The notes under the pieces were generated by a model. It was not told the DNA's origin. It did not search any database and was given only the letters and a program-made list of their open reading frames with translations. A program made the translations under genes and the position numbers. Shown here piece by piece: positions 18,392 to 27,685 of a stretch of DNA of 64,000 nucleotides (positions are counted from its first letter, which is position 1; each line of letters starts with the position of its first letter). Source of the stretch: Planctomycetota bacterium (GTDB lineage Bacteria; Planctomycetota; UBA1135; UBA2386); assembly GCA_020638695.1 (NCBI GenBank), contig JACKIB010000020.1, positions 19,984-83,983 on the forward strand. The letters are read 5' to 3'.

Positions 18392-18694
18392 GACGGAACC
18401 CCTCCACATCTGCGAGCACACGGCGGGCGCCGTGCGCTGACTTCCCGATCGAGCATCTCGACGGTGGACGTCGGGAGCAAGAAGCGGGCCAATCGGACCT
18501 GTCGTCCGTCGACACGGCGATCGGCGCTTCTATGACGCCGTCTCCCGCACCGGGCCCGGCCGAGCGTAGCACGGAAGGAATCGCAATCGCACCAACACGG
18601 TGCGGGCCACGATCCGCAATGGCGCGCGTGGCTGGCAGCGCACGCGCAGCCCTTATACTCGCGCCACCGAGGCGACCCCGACCGGAGCGACCCG

Positions 18695-19753
18695 ATGACC
18701 GATACCGTTCGTGTGCCCTGCGACGAGTTGCGCGCGCTCACCCACGCCGCGCTCGAGGCGGTGGGCGTCCCACCCGCCGATGCCGCCGACGCGGGCGACG
18801 TGCTCTGGCGCGCGCAGATGATGGGCATCACCACCCACGGCGTGCGACGCCTGATCCCCTACATCCAGCGCATCCACGACGGCGCGATCGATCCGAACCC
18901 CACCATCGAGCACGTCCGCAAGGCGCCGTCGATCACGGTCATCGACGGCGGCAACGGACTCGGGCCGGTCATCGGAAGTCGCGGCACCGCCGAGGCGATT
19001 CGCCTCGCCCGCGAGACCGGGATCGGTTACGTCGCCTGTCGCGCGAGCCACCACTTCGGGCCGGTGATGCCCTATCTGCTGCGCGCGGTCGAGGCCGGCA
19101 TGGTCTGCTTCATGGGCACCAACGTGCAGCCGGTGATGGCGCCATGGCGTGGCGCTCGACTCGCCCACGGCAACAACCCGATCGGATTCGGTGGGCCACG
19201 CCGCGACGGCTACCCGTTCTTGCTCGACATCGCGATCAGCGTGGTCGCGTTCAGCAAGCTGCGCCACGCCAAGGAAGCCGGGGAGCCGATCCCCGAGGGT
19301 TGGGCCGCCGACAGCGCCGGACGACCGACCACCGATCCGGTCGCCGGAATGGGCGGCTGGGTGCTGCCGATCGGCGGGCACAAGGGTTACGGCCTCGCGT
19401 TGGCGGTGGAGATGCTCGCCGCCGGGCTCGCCGGTGGCGCGCTCGGCACCGAGGTGCATGGGCTGTTCGAGCGCGGGCCTCGCGCGCAGGGGGTCTGTCA
19501 TTTCTTCATGGCGATCGACCCCGAGCGCACCATCGGCCTCGACGCCTTCCGTGATCGGATGGAGGTGCTGTGCGCGATGATGCACGACACCCCGGCGGTG
19601 GATCCGGCCGAGCCGGTGCTGGTCCCGGGTGAGCCCGAATGCGCGCTGATGGCGGACTGCGAGGCCAACGGCGTGCCGCTGCCGGCGCAGTGGCTCGACG
19701 AGATCCGTGGCCTCGCCCGCGGCGAGATGCCGCGCAGCATGCCGGAGGCGTGA
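18695..19753 (+). CDS. Ldh2-family (malate/L-lactate/ureidoglycolate-type) NAD(P)H oxidoreductase
   Basis: 352-aa ORF with ITTHGVRRLIPY, SHHFG, GNNPIGFGGP and DIAISVVAF motifs of family PF02615. Confidence 0.8.
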   Translation: MTDTVRVPCDELRALTHAALEAVGVPPADAADAGDVLWRAQMMGITTHGVRRLIPYIQRIHDGAIDPNPTIEHVRKAPSITVIDGGNGLGPVIGSRGTAEAIRLARETGIGYVACRASHHFGPVMPYLLRAVEAGMVCFMGTNVQPVMAPWRGARLAHGNNPIGFGGPRRDGYPFLLDIAISVVAFSKLRHAKEAGEPIPEGWAADSAGRPTTDPVAGMGGWVLPIGGHKGYGLALAVEMLAAGLAGGALGTEVHGLFERGPRAQGVCHFFMAIDPERTIGLDAFRDRMEVLCAMMHDTPAVDPAEPVLVPGEPECALMADCEANGVPLPAQWLDEIRGLARGEMPRSMPEA

Positions 19754-19808
19754 GCCACCCACGGCGGATCGCCGCCGTGTCGACCTGACCGACCTCGAGG
19801 AGGCGACG

Positions 19809-20354
19809 ATGGACGTGAGAAAGATCGTGATCCTGCACGAGACGGTGTTCGGGGAGGCCGGACGCGGTGCCGCGTCGCCGGTCACCCGGGTCGCCGGCAT
19901 CGCAGTGGTACGCAACCCCTTCGTCGGCCGCCACGTCGAGGACCTCGGCGCGCTCTTCGATCTCGGCGGACAGCTCGGCGAGGAGATGATGGAGGAGGTC
20001 GTGGCGCGGCTACGCGGCCCTGCGGTGAGCTATGGCAAGGCCGCGGTGGTCGGCGCGCTGGGCGAGTTCGAGCACGGTGGCGCCTGCATCCACCCCAAGC
20101 TCGGCAAGCCGATGCGCGCCGCGATCGGCGGCGGCAAGGCGGTCATCCCGTCGAACGTCAAGGTCGGACCACCCGGCACCGCGATCGACGTGCCGCTCGG
20201 GCACAAGGACGAGCCGTGGTCATTCGACCACTTCGACACCCTGACGGTATCGGTGGCGGACAGCCCGCGCCCGGACGAGATCATGGTGGTGATGGCGGTC
20301 GCCGACGGTGGCCGGGTCCATCCGCGCTGCGGCAGCGGCCCGGTCACCACCTGA
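19809..20354 (+). CDS. amino-acid-synthesis (AA_synth, PF06684/DUF1185) family protein
   Basis: Track ORF trimmed to Met35 (MDVRKIVILHETVFGEAG...). SYGKAAVVGALGEFEHGGACIHPKLG and IDVPLGHKD match my memory of this family. Confidence 0.6.
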   Translation: MDVRKIVILHETVFGEAGRGAASPVTRVAGIAVVRNPFVGRHVEDLGALFDLGGQLGEEMMEEVVARLRGPAVSYGKAAVVGALGEFEHGGACIHPKLGKPMRAAIGGGKAVIPSNVKVGPPGTAIDVPLGHKDEPWSFDHFDTLTVSVADSPRPDEIMVVMAVADGGRVHPRCGSGPVTT

Positions 20355-20576
20355 ACGCACCGCGGTGACGATCGGGGTCAAGAGCCGCCGGCCCGGCCGC
20401 CTGCTATGGTGCGCCATGGTGCGGTAGCGACCGGGGCGGCGCAGGGTGAGCGCGCGTCCTCGCGCCGCGCCGGGTAGCACCGCTCGACGCGGCATGCAGC
20501 GCCGCCGGCGGTGCTGGAGACGGTCGGCCTCGAGGAGCGGTGTCGACCGCAGTCCTCCAGCGGGAGGCGAGCCGCC

Positions 20577-23162
20577 ATGCGGATCGACACCATCACCCGA
20601 CTCCTCACGCTCTCCCTCGCCATCGCCGCGAGCGCGGTGCCGGCAATCGACACCGCCACACCGATTCGCAGTGGTCACTTCCGGGAGGTGACCGACGTCG
20701 CGAGCGCCGGGCACGTCATCCTGAACCTGCGCATGAGCGCCGACGGCTCGAGGATCGTCTACCTGACCACCACCGGCGTGTTTCCCGAGACGCTGCGGGT
20801 GGTCGGCAGCGACGGCAGCGGCGCGACGGTGATCCACCAGAATCCGCCCGACGGCGCCTACCCACGGGTGATGGACAGCTTCGCGATCTCCGACGACGGC
20901 AGCACCGTGGTCTACGGTCTGCTCGTGAACCCGGCCAACAACGACTCGGAGCTCCGCGTCCACGACACCACCACCGGCGCCGACCGCCTGCTGCTGCGCG
21001 AGGTCACGCATCTCAGCTTCGGTGTCAGCAGTCCGGTGAACATCGCGCACCTGCAGAGCACCCGCCTCCTCGCGCTCGCCGGGGACGGGACGGTCGTCCA
21101 CTTCCTCAACCGGTTCGGCCCGATCGGCAGCGGCAACGCCGGCCAGGATCCGTCCGGCCAGACCCTCTATGCGGTCGACGTGGCCACCGGGACGCCGACG
21201 CCACTGTTCTCGCAGTCCGACCTCCCCGACGTCGCGGCCATCTCGCCGTTCGCGGTCGAGCTGCTGACCTCGGGCGGCTCGCTCGCGACCGACGGCGACG
21301 GCAGCGTGGTGATGCTCCCGGTCGGCGGGTCGGGGGCGTCGGCCAACCCACCCCACAGCCTGCTCCGGCTCGACCCCGCGGTGGGCGCGGCATCGGCCGA
21401 GGTCGTGCTCGAGCTGACCGGCACCCTGTTCACCGGGCCGAGCGTGAGCACCGCAGGCGACCTGATGGCGCTCACCCGGGCCGGCGGCGACCTCCTCCCC
21501 GCGGGTCTGATGGCGATGAGCCCGGGCGGTGGCGCGCCCACGGTGCTCGACACCGGCTTCCTCGCCAGCCGACCGCCGGTCAATCCCCGGCTCTCCGGCG
21601 ACGGCACTGCGGTGTCCTACCGCATCGAGCTCGGCGGCAGCGACGAGCCGTCGGTGCGGTGGATCGCCACCAGCGGGTCCGCGGCGCCGGTGCCGGTCAG
21701 CCAGAACACCGTCGATGCCGGCGGCTCGAGTAGCGGCGTGCACGACATCAGCAGCGACGGCACTCGGATCGCCTTCCTCGGCGGCGTGCGCGCCGCGGTC
21801 GGCGGACAGCCCGCCGACCTCGTGATCTTCGACTGGGCCGCGGCGCCCGTCGGGACGCCGGCGGTGACCGCCGTTCGTGCCGACCCGAGCCTCGACTTCG
21901 TCATCCAGCCGTTCCTCTCGGCCGAGGTCACCCATTCGTTCTCGTACGACACCACCGGCGCCGACCGCGCGCTCGCCCAGAGCTGGATCTACGACGCCGC
22001 GGGGCGCGACCTGCGAGGGCTGCAGTTCAGCGGCATCGGCAACTTCTTCTCCGACGTCGCCGACGACGGCACCGGCGGCGATGCCATCGCCGATGACGGC
22101 ACCTACGACGATGCGGGCATCTGGGCGTTCAGCGCCGCGGTGCCGGGCACGGTGACCGGTCGCGCGGCGATCACTGCGACCACGGGAAGAGCGAGCTTCG
22201 TCGACTTCCCCATCACCGTGCGCGCACCGGTCCCGCCGACCGCCAGCTTCGAGGCTCGACCGCGGATCGGCGTCGCACCGCTCACCGTCACCTTCGAGAA
22301 CACCAGCTCCGGCGACTACGCCTTCACCGACTACGACACCAACGGCGACACGGTCCTCGACCGCTTCGCGGTCGCCAATCCGTTCCAGCTCACGTACGAC
22401 ACGCCGGGAACGCGCGACGTGGCGATGCGCGCGCGTGGCTTCGGCAACGAGGACACGGCGACCATCGTCGGCGCGGTGGTCGTGCTGCCGTCAGGCGGCG
22501 AGATCGACCTCGGCGACGCACCCGACCCGAGCTACCCGACCCTGCTCGCGAGCGACGGCGCGGCGCACGTGCTCGGCTCGGGGCTGTTCCTCGGCGCGGG
22601 CGTCGACGGCGAGGCGGATGGCCAGCCGAGCGCGAGCGCGACCGGCGACACCGACGACGGCCTCGTGCTCACCTCCGATCCGCTGATCGGAAGCCCGCTC
22701 GCGCTGGAGGTAACGGCCTCGGCGAGCGGCCGCCTGAACGCCTGGATCGACTACAACCGTGACGGTGACTGGACCGATCCGGGCGAGCACGTGCTGGACG
22801 ACGTGCTGCTCGCGCCGGGGCCGAACGCGCTGGTGACCGCGGCGATTCCGGACGACGCCACCCCTGGCACCACGTTCGCGCGCCTGCGGCTCGACTCCGT
22901 CGGCGGGCTCGAGCCCACCGGCCCGGCGAGCGATGGCGAGGTCGAGGACCACGCGCTGGTGCTCGTCTCTCCGGACAGCGACGGCGACGGCCTCACCGAC
23001 TGGGAGGAGCGCAACGTCCACGGTACCGACCCGACGCTCGCCGATACCGACGGCGACCGCCGTACCGACGGCGACGAGGTCAGCGCCGGGCGCAATCCAC
23101 TGGTCAACGAGGCGGCCAGCGTGATCCCGCTCATTCTCGACATCGTCGACGAGCGTCGTTGA
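20577..23162 (+). CDS. large secreted multidomain protein: TolB-like beta-propeller, PKD-like, GEVED, and C-terminal TSP3-type Ca-binding repeats
   Basis: Trimmed to Met23 (MRIDTITRLLTLSLAIAASAVPA, a signal peptide; GGGAGG RBS upstream). About seven S-x-DG-x-x-(V/I) blades. PKD-like VAPLTVTFENTSSG. GEVED domain (DLGDAPDPSYPT...AWIDYNRDGDW...DGEVEDH). DSDGDGLTDWEE/DTDGDRRTDGDE repeats. Confidence 0.7.
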   Translation: MRIDTITRLLTLSLAIAASAVPAIDTATPIRSGHFREVTDVASAGHVILNLRMSADGSRIVYLTTTGVFPETLRVVGSDGSGATVIHQNPPDGAYPRVMDSFAISDDGSTVVYGLLVNPANNDSELRVHDTTTGADRLLLREVTHLSFGVSSPVNIAHLQSTRLLALAGDGTVVHFLNRFGPIGSGNAGQDPSGQTLYAVDVATGTPTPLFSQSDLPDVAAISPFAVELLTSGGSLATDGDGSVVMLPVGGSGASANPPHSLLRLDPAVGAASAEVVLELTGTLFTGPSVSTAGDLMALTRAGGDLLPAGLMAMSPGGGAPTVLDTGFLASRPPVNPRLSGDGTAVSYRIELGGSDEPSVRWIATSGSAAPVPVSQNTVDAGGSSSGVHDISSDGTRIAFLGGVRAAVGGQPADLVIFDWAAAPVGTPAVTAVRADPSLDFVIQPFLSAEVTHSFSYDTTGADRALAQSWIYDAAGRDLRGLQFSGIGNFFSDVADDGTGGDAIADDGTYDDAGIWAFSAAVPGTVTGRAAITATTGRASFVDFPITVRAPVPPTASFEARPRIGVAPLTVTFENTSSGDYAFTDYDTNGDTVLDRFAVANPFQLTYDTPGTRDVAMRARGFGNEDTATIVGAVVVLPSGGEIDLGDAPDPSYPTLLASDGAAHVLGSGLFLGAGVDGEADGQPSASATGDTDDGLVLTSDPLIGSPLALEVTASASGRLNAWIDYNRDGDWTDPGEHVLDDVLLAPGPNALVTAAIPDDATPGTTFARLRLDSVGGLEPTGPASDGEVEDHALVLVSPDSDGDGLTDWEERNVHGTDPTLADTDGDRRTDGDEVSAGRNPLVNEAASVIPLILDIVDERR

Positions 23163-23209
23163 CACGTGCCGCCACCGGCGGCGCCGGACGCCGAAGCGGC
23201 CGAACGCGG

Positions 23210-25240
23210 TCAGCCGCTCGCGCAGAGCAGCGCCCCGGACGCGTGCACCTCCACCGTCCAGCCGGGTGGAACAACCGTGGTGCCGCCCGCCTCCTCGACG
23301 ATCAGCGGGCCGTCGAGCGCGGTGCCGATACCGAGCTTCTCGCGGTCCAGCACGTCGACCTCCCGCCAGCCGTCGAGCCACACCGCGCGCCGCTCGATTC
23401 GAGGGTCACCGGCACCGTGCGGGGCGAGATCCAGCACCGGCTGGTCGACCAGGCCGGTCGCGACCAGCCGCAGATTGACGATCTCGAGGTCGTTGGTCGC
23501 GTCGGCGTAGCCGAACGTCTCCTCGTGCCGCGCATCGAACGCGCGACGCAGCGGCGTCCAGTCGACGTCGGTCGGCTCCCAGGTGATCGGTAACGTGAAC
23601 GACTGCCCGGCGTAGCGGGCGTCGACCGAGAACGCGAAACGATGACGCTCGGGTGCGATGCCGTCGGCCCGGAGCAGGTCGCCGCCGCGCGCGCGGAGAC
23701 GATCGGCCCGGGCACGGAGGTCGCCGAGGTCGAGCTGCGACAGGCGGCCACCCCAGACCTCGACCAGATCCCGGCGCATGTCGGCGAGCATCTGCCCCAG
23801 CGCGGAGACGTGACCGGGATGCGGTGGCACCAGGACGCGTGACATGCCGAGCTCCGCGGCGACCAGGAACGCGTGCATCGGGCCGGCACCGCCGAACCCG
23901 ACCAGCGCGAAGTCGCGCGGGTCGAAGCCGCGATGGACCGAGACCTCGCGCACCGCACCGGCCATCTTCGCCACCGCGATGCGCACCGCGGCATCCGCGA
24001 GCGCGACGACATCGGTCACCCCGAGATTCCGGCCCAGAGTCGCGAACGCACGCTCGGCGCGCTCGCGCTGCAGCACCAGACCACCGCTCAACGCGCGCGC
24101 GGTGGGCAGTCGCCCGAGCAGCAGGTTGGCGTCGGAGACCGTCGGCTCGGTGCCACCGCGGCCGTAGCAGGCGGGGCCCGGAACCGCCCCCGCGCTGCGC
24201 GGGCCGACACCGAGAGTGCCATCGGGCTGCACCCACACGATCGACCCGCCGCCGGCGCCGATGGTGTGGATGTCGAGCTGCGGCATCTGCAACGGGTAGG
24301 CGTCGATCTGGTTGTCGTGCGACATCCGCGGGCGCCCGTCGTGGATCAGGGCGACGTCGGTGCTGGTGCCGCCCATGTCGAACGTCACCAGGTCGCGCAC
24401 CCCGGCGTCGCCGGCCACCCGCAGCGCGCCCACCACGCCGCCGACCGGGCCGGACAGGAAGGTCCCGGCACACCGCTCGGCGGCGGCATCGAGGGTCATC
24501 GCGCCGCCGTTCGAGCCCATGATGTCGACCGGCGCGACGACCCCGCGCTCGGCCAGCGCGTCGGCGAGACGGGTGAGGTAGGCGGTCATCACCGGCGTGA
24601 GGTAGGCGTTCAGCACGCAAGTTGACGTGCGCTCGAACTCGCCCCGCTCGGGCGCGAGCGCGGCCGAGGTCGAGACCGGGATCCCCGGAAGCGCCTCACG
24701 CAGCGCCGCCGCCGCGGCGAGCTCGTTGCCGGCGTTCACGTAACTGTTCACGAACGCGACCGCGATCGCCTCGGCGCCGCGGGCGGAGAGGGTCTCGGCC
24801 AGCGATGCCAGCGCGGCGGGGTCGAGCACTTCCAGCACCGTGCCGTCGGCGGCGGTGCGCTCGGCCACCTCGAGGCGCCGGTCGCGTGGCGCGATCGGCG
24901 GCGGGCGTTGCCAGGCCGCATCGAACAGCCCGCCGGCGAGACGGCGGCACTTGCCGATCTCGAGCACGTCGCGGAATCCGGCGGTCGTCACCAACGCGGT
25001 GCGCGCCCCCTTGCGCTCGAGCAATGCGTTGGTCGCGATGGTGGTGCCGTGGACGAAGGCGCGGATCGCGGTCGGCGCGATGCCGAGCGCGGACAGCGCC
25101 TCGAGCACGCCGCGCCACTGCTCGCCCGGCAGCGACGGCACCTTGGCCAGGGCGAGCGCGCGCCCGTCGCCGGCGTAGGCCACGACGTCGGTGAACGTGC
25201 CCCCGACGTCGATGCCGACCAGGAATCCGGGCGCCGCCAT
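23210..25240 (-). CDS. hyuA: hydantoinase/oxoprolinase family, A (ATP-binding) subunit
   Basis: Track ORF trimmed to Met41 (MAAPGFLVGIDVGGTFTDVV...), about 676 aa. The ATG overlaps the hyuB stop (TGATG). Confidence 0.85.
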   Translation of the reverse strand: MAAPGFLVGIDVGGTFTDVVAYAGDGRALALAKVPSLPGEQWRGVLEALSALGIAPTAIRAFVHGTTIATNALLERKGARTALVTTAGFRDVLEIGKCRRLAGGLFDAAWQRPPPIAPRDRRLEVAERTAADGTVLEVLDPAALASLAETLSARGAEAIAVAFVNSYVNAGNELAAAAALREALPGIPVSTSAALAPERGEFERTSTCVLNAYLTPVMTAYLTRLADALAERGVVAPVDIMGSNGGAMTLDAAAERCAGTFLSGPVGGVVGALRVAGDAGVRDLVTFDMGGTSTDVALIHDGRPRMSHDNQIDAYPLQMPQLDIHTIGAGGGSIVWVQPDGTLGVGPRSAGAVPGPACYGRGGTEPTVSDANLLLGRLPTARALSGGLVLQRERAERAFATLGRNLGVTDVVALADAAVRIAVAKMAGAVREVSVHRGFDPRDFALVGFGGAGPMHAFLVAAELGMSRVLVPPHPGHVSALGQMLADMRRDLVEVWGGRLSQLDLGDLRARADRLRARGGDLLRADGIAPERHRFAFSVDARYAGQSFTLPITWEPTDVDWTPLRRAFDARHEETFGYADATNDLEIVNLRLVATGLVDQPVLDLAPHGAGDPRIERRAVWLDGWREVDVLDREKLGIGTALDGPLIVEEAGGTTVVPPGWTVEVHASGALLCASG

Positions 25241-27246
25241 CACTGTGGCTCGCGGCGCACGACGCGCAACGTGACCTCGTCGCCGGGCGCGATCCCGAGC
25301 ACCGAGCGCCCGACCGGGCCGAGCGCGAGCACGTCGTCGACGGCGCCCACTCGTGCCCATGCGCGCAGCGCCGCCCCACTGCTCGGGGTGGTCAGCTCGA
25401 CGAGATCACCATCCTCGACCTCGAGCGCGCCGGCGAGCGCCGGCGGCAAGGTCAGGCGACGCCGCGATCGCTCGATGTCGTCGTCCGCCCGTGCGACCAC
25501 CGGGGCGCGCAGCACTGCCGCGGCGAGACGCGCGCGCGCGGCCTCGGTCGCGTCGAGGTCCACCCCATCGGGGCCGAGCACCACGCCGTAGCGCCGCGCC
25601 GCCTGGTCGGCGTCGAGATAGCCGAGGGCGACGTCACTCGCCACCGCGCTCGCGGCGCGCGCGAGCGGGTCGCCGTGCCCGCCGCCACCGGAGGATTCCA
25701 TCCGCACCACGTCGCCCGCGCGCAGCGCGAAGCCGCCGACCTTGCCCGGGACCGGAGAGGGCTCGATCGACACGCCGCCGCGCACCACGGTGAACCGGTT
25801 CGCCGCCCCGCTCGCGCCGCCGGCCACCCCGAACGGCGGGATCACGTTCTTGTCGGCGAGCACCGACAGGCTCGCGCCGTCGACCAGCACGCGCACCTCG
25901 CGTCGCAGGCCGAGCCCGCCGCGGTGCTCGCCGTCGCCGCACGAGCCCTCGCGCAGCGTGTGACGCTCGACCCGCAGCGGGCACTGCGCCTCGACCACCT
26001 CGACCGACTGCACCGCGTTGAAGTCGCCCTCGGGGAAGGCGCGCACCGCGTGGTTGCCGTCGCCGCGCGCGGTCGCCCCGGTGCCGCCGGCCGGGTACTC
26101 GTAGAGCAGGAAGATGCCGTCGCCGTCGGGGCGCGGACCCGAGACGTAGACGTGGTTCGCCCCGCCCTTCAGGTCCCCGACCAGTCGGTCAGGCATCGCG
26201 CGGCCGAGGGCGGAGACCACCAGCCCACACATCAACGCACGGCACTCGACCATTCCGCCGCACGGCGCGGGCAGCGTGGCGTTCAGGAAGCTGCCGGGTG
26301 GGTTGACGATCGCGATCGGATTGAACGAGCCGTGGTTGACCGGCGTGTCCGGGTCGAGGAAGGACTTGACGATGCTCGCCACCGCGTTGAATGCCATCGC
26401 CGGCCCGACGTTGGTCGGCCCCATCGTCTGCGGCGACGAGCCGGTGAAGTCGGCCTCGATGCGGTCGCCGTCGATGGTGAGCGCAAGGCGCCCGACCAGC
26501 GGCTCGTCCCCGTGACCATCGTTGTCGAGGTAGCCCTCGGCCTGGTAGGTGCCGTCCGGCACCGCCGCGATTCGCTCGCGCATCACGCGCTCGGCTCCCG
26601 CGATCAGCGTCTCCACCGCGTCGAGCAGCGTGTCGCCACCGAAGCGGTCGAACAGGCGGCGCAGGTGCTCGGCGGCCTTGCGCGAGGTGCCGAGCATGGT
26701 GTTGAAGTCGCCCCGGCGCTCGCGCGCGATGCGCATGTTGTCGAACAGCAGACCGAGGAAGGCGTCGTTCATGCGCCCGCGCTCGCAGATACGAGTGGGC
26801 GTGATGCGCAGCCCCTCCTGGTACACCTCGCGCACCCGACCCGACAGGCTCCCCGGTGTCATCCCGCCGACGTCGCCCCAGTGACAGCGCGTCGCCGCGA
26901 ACAGCGCGAGACGGCCGCGATCGAACACCGGGTAGAGCATCAGCACGTCGTTGAGATGCGTGCCGCCGGTATAGGGATCGTTGTGCAGGAAGATGTCGCC
27001 CTCGTGGATGTCGTCGGCGAACGCCTCGACGATGCGGGCGGTGGAGTACGGCACGGCGAAGATGTGGATCGGGTTGTCGGCGGCACCCTGGGCCACCAGC
27101 CGGCCGTCGGCCGCGACCAGCGCGCAGGAGAAGTCGTGCCCCTCGTAGATGATCGACGAGTACGAGGAGCGAATGACGTTCGCGCGCATCTCGTGGACCA
27201 CCGCGATCAGGGACTCGCGGATCAACTCGAGCTGGCCGATGCTCAT
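25240..27246 (-). CDS. hyuB: hydantoinase B/oxoprolinase family subunit with a roughly 100-aa C-terminal extension
   Basis: Track ORF trimmed to Met64 (MSIGQLELIRESLIAVVHEMRANVIRSSYSSIIYEGHDFSCAL...). The extra C-terminal tail ends ...LTLPPALAGALEVEDGDLVELTTPSSGAALRAWARVG...GIAPGDEVTLRVV. Confidence 0.85.
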   Translation of the reverse strand: MSIGQLELIRESLIAVVHEMRANVIRSSYSSIIYEGHDFSCALVAADGRLVAQGAADNPIHIFAVPYSTARIVEAFADDIHEGDIFLHNDPYTGGTHLNDVLMLYPVFDRGRLALFAATRCHWGDVGGMTPGSLSGRVREVYQEGLRITPTRICERGRMNDAFLGLLFDNMRIARERRGDFNTMLGTSRKAAEHLRRLFDRFGGDTLLDAVETLIAGAERVMRERIAAVPDGTYQAEGYLDNDGHGDEPLVGRLALTIDGDRIEADFTGSSPQTMGPTNVGPAMAFNAVASIVKSFLDPDTPVNHGSFNPIAIVNPPGSFLNATLPAPCGGMVECRALMCGLVVSALGRAMPDRLVGDLKGGANHVYVSGPRPDGDGIFLLYEYPAGGTGATARGDGNHAVRAFPEGDFNAVQSVEVVEAQCPLRVERHTLREGSCGDGEHRGGLGLRREVRVLVDGASLSVLADKNVIPPFGVAGGASGAANRFTVVRGGVSIEPSPVPGKVGGFALRAGDVVRMESSGGGGHGDPLARAASAVASDVALGYLDADQAARRYGVVLGPDGVDLDATEAARARLAAAVLRAPVVARADDDIERSRRRLTLPPALAGALEVEDGDLVELTTPSSGAALRAWARVGAVDDVLALGPVGRSVLGIAPGDEVTLRVVRREPQ

Positions 27247-27250
27247 GCCG

Positions 27251-27655
27251 TCACTCGTTGCGCGTCCGGCGAAGCGTCCACAGCGCGAGCGACACCAGCA
27301 CGACGGTGACCGCGTGCAGCCACACCAGCCGGTCGAGCGCGGCGTGCTCGGCGGGCGAGAGCGCGAGCCCCGACGGCACGTCGGCGATCCAGGGTCGCAG
27401 CAGCGTGTAGAGGGCGATCTGGCTCGCCGCGGCAAGATAGAAGGCCGGCGCCGCGATGCGCACTCGCATGGGAAGGCCGATGCAGACCACGATGTCGAGC
27501 ACGAGATAGACGACGTCGAGCACCCGCCAGTGCATCGGCGTGCTCGCCCAGCTCGTACCGGTCGCCCCCAGCATGCTCTGCAGGTGCGCCATCGCGCCGA
27601 GACCGTAGAGCACCGCCACCCCCCACAGGACGACGATGGCCAGCGTGCGCCTCAT
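27251..27655 (-). CDS. small integral membrane protein, unknown function
   Basis: 134-aa ORF with about four hydrophobic helices. Sits tightly between the lactonase-like gene and hyuB (5-nt gap). Confidence 0.5.
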   Translation of the reverse strand: MRRTLAIVVLWGVAVLYGLGAMAHLQSMLGATGTSWASTPMHWRVLDVVYLVLDIVVCIGLPMRVRIAAPAFYLAAASQIALYTLLRPWIADVPSGLALSPAEHAALDRLVWLHAVTVVLVSLALWTLRRTRNE

Positions 27656-27685
27656 CGACTCGCCGCTCGCTGCCGCACCGGGCGC

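Noticed and set aside
18633-18659. Sigma-54-like TGGCAG-N5-GCGC (GG-N10-GC spacing) and a TATACT -10-like hexamer (18654-18659) 35 nt upstream of the Ldh2 gene.
   Set aside because: GG-N10-GC occurs by chance at high frequency at this GC content. The -12 element lacks TTGC and no enhancer-binding protein is nearby. The TATACT hexamer has no acceptable -35 partner. The evidence is too weak to call a promoter.
23169-23183. GCCGCC-ACC-GGCGGC hairpin between the convergent secreted-protein and hyuA genes, considered as a terminator.
   Set aside because: A 6-bp stem with a 3-nt loop and no U-tract. The 47-bp gap is too short to judge, and such palindromes are common at this GC content.
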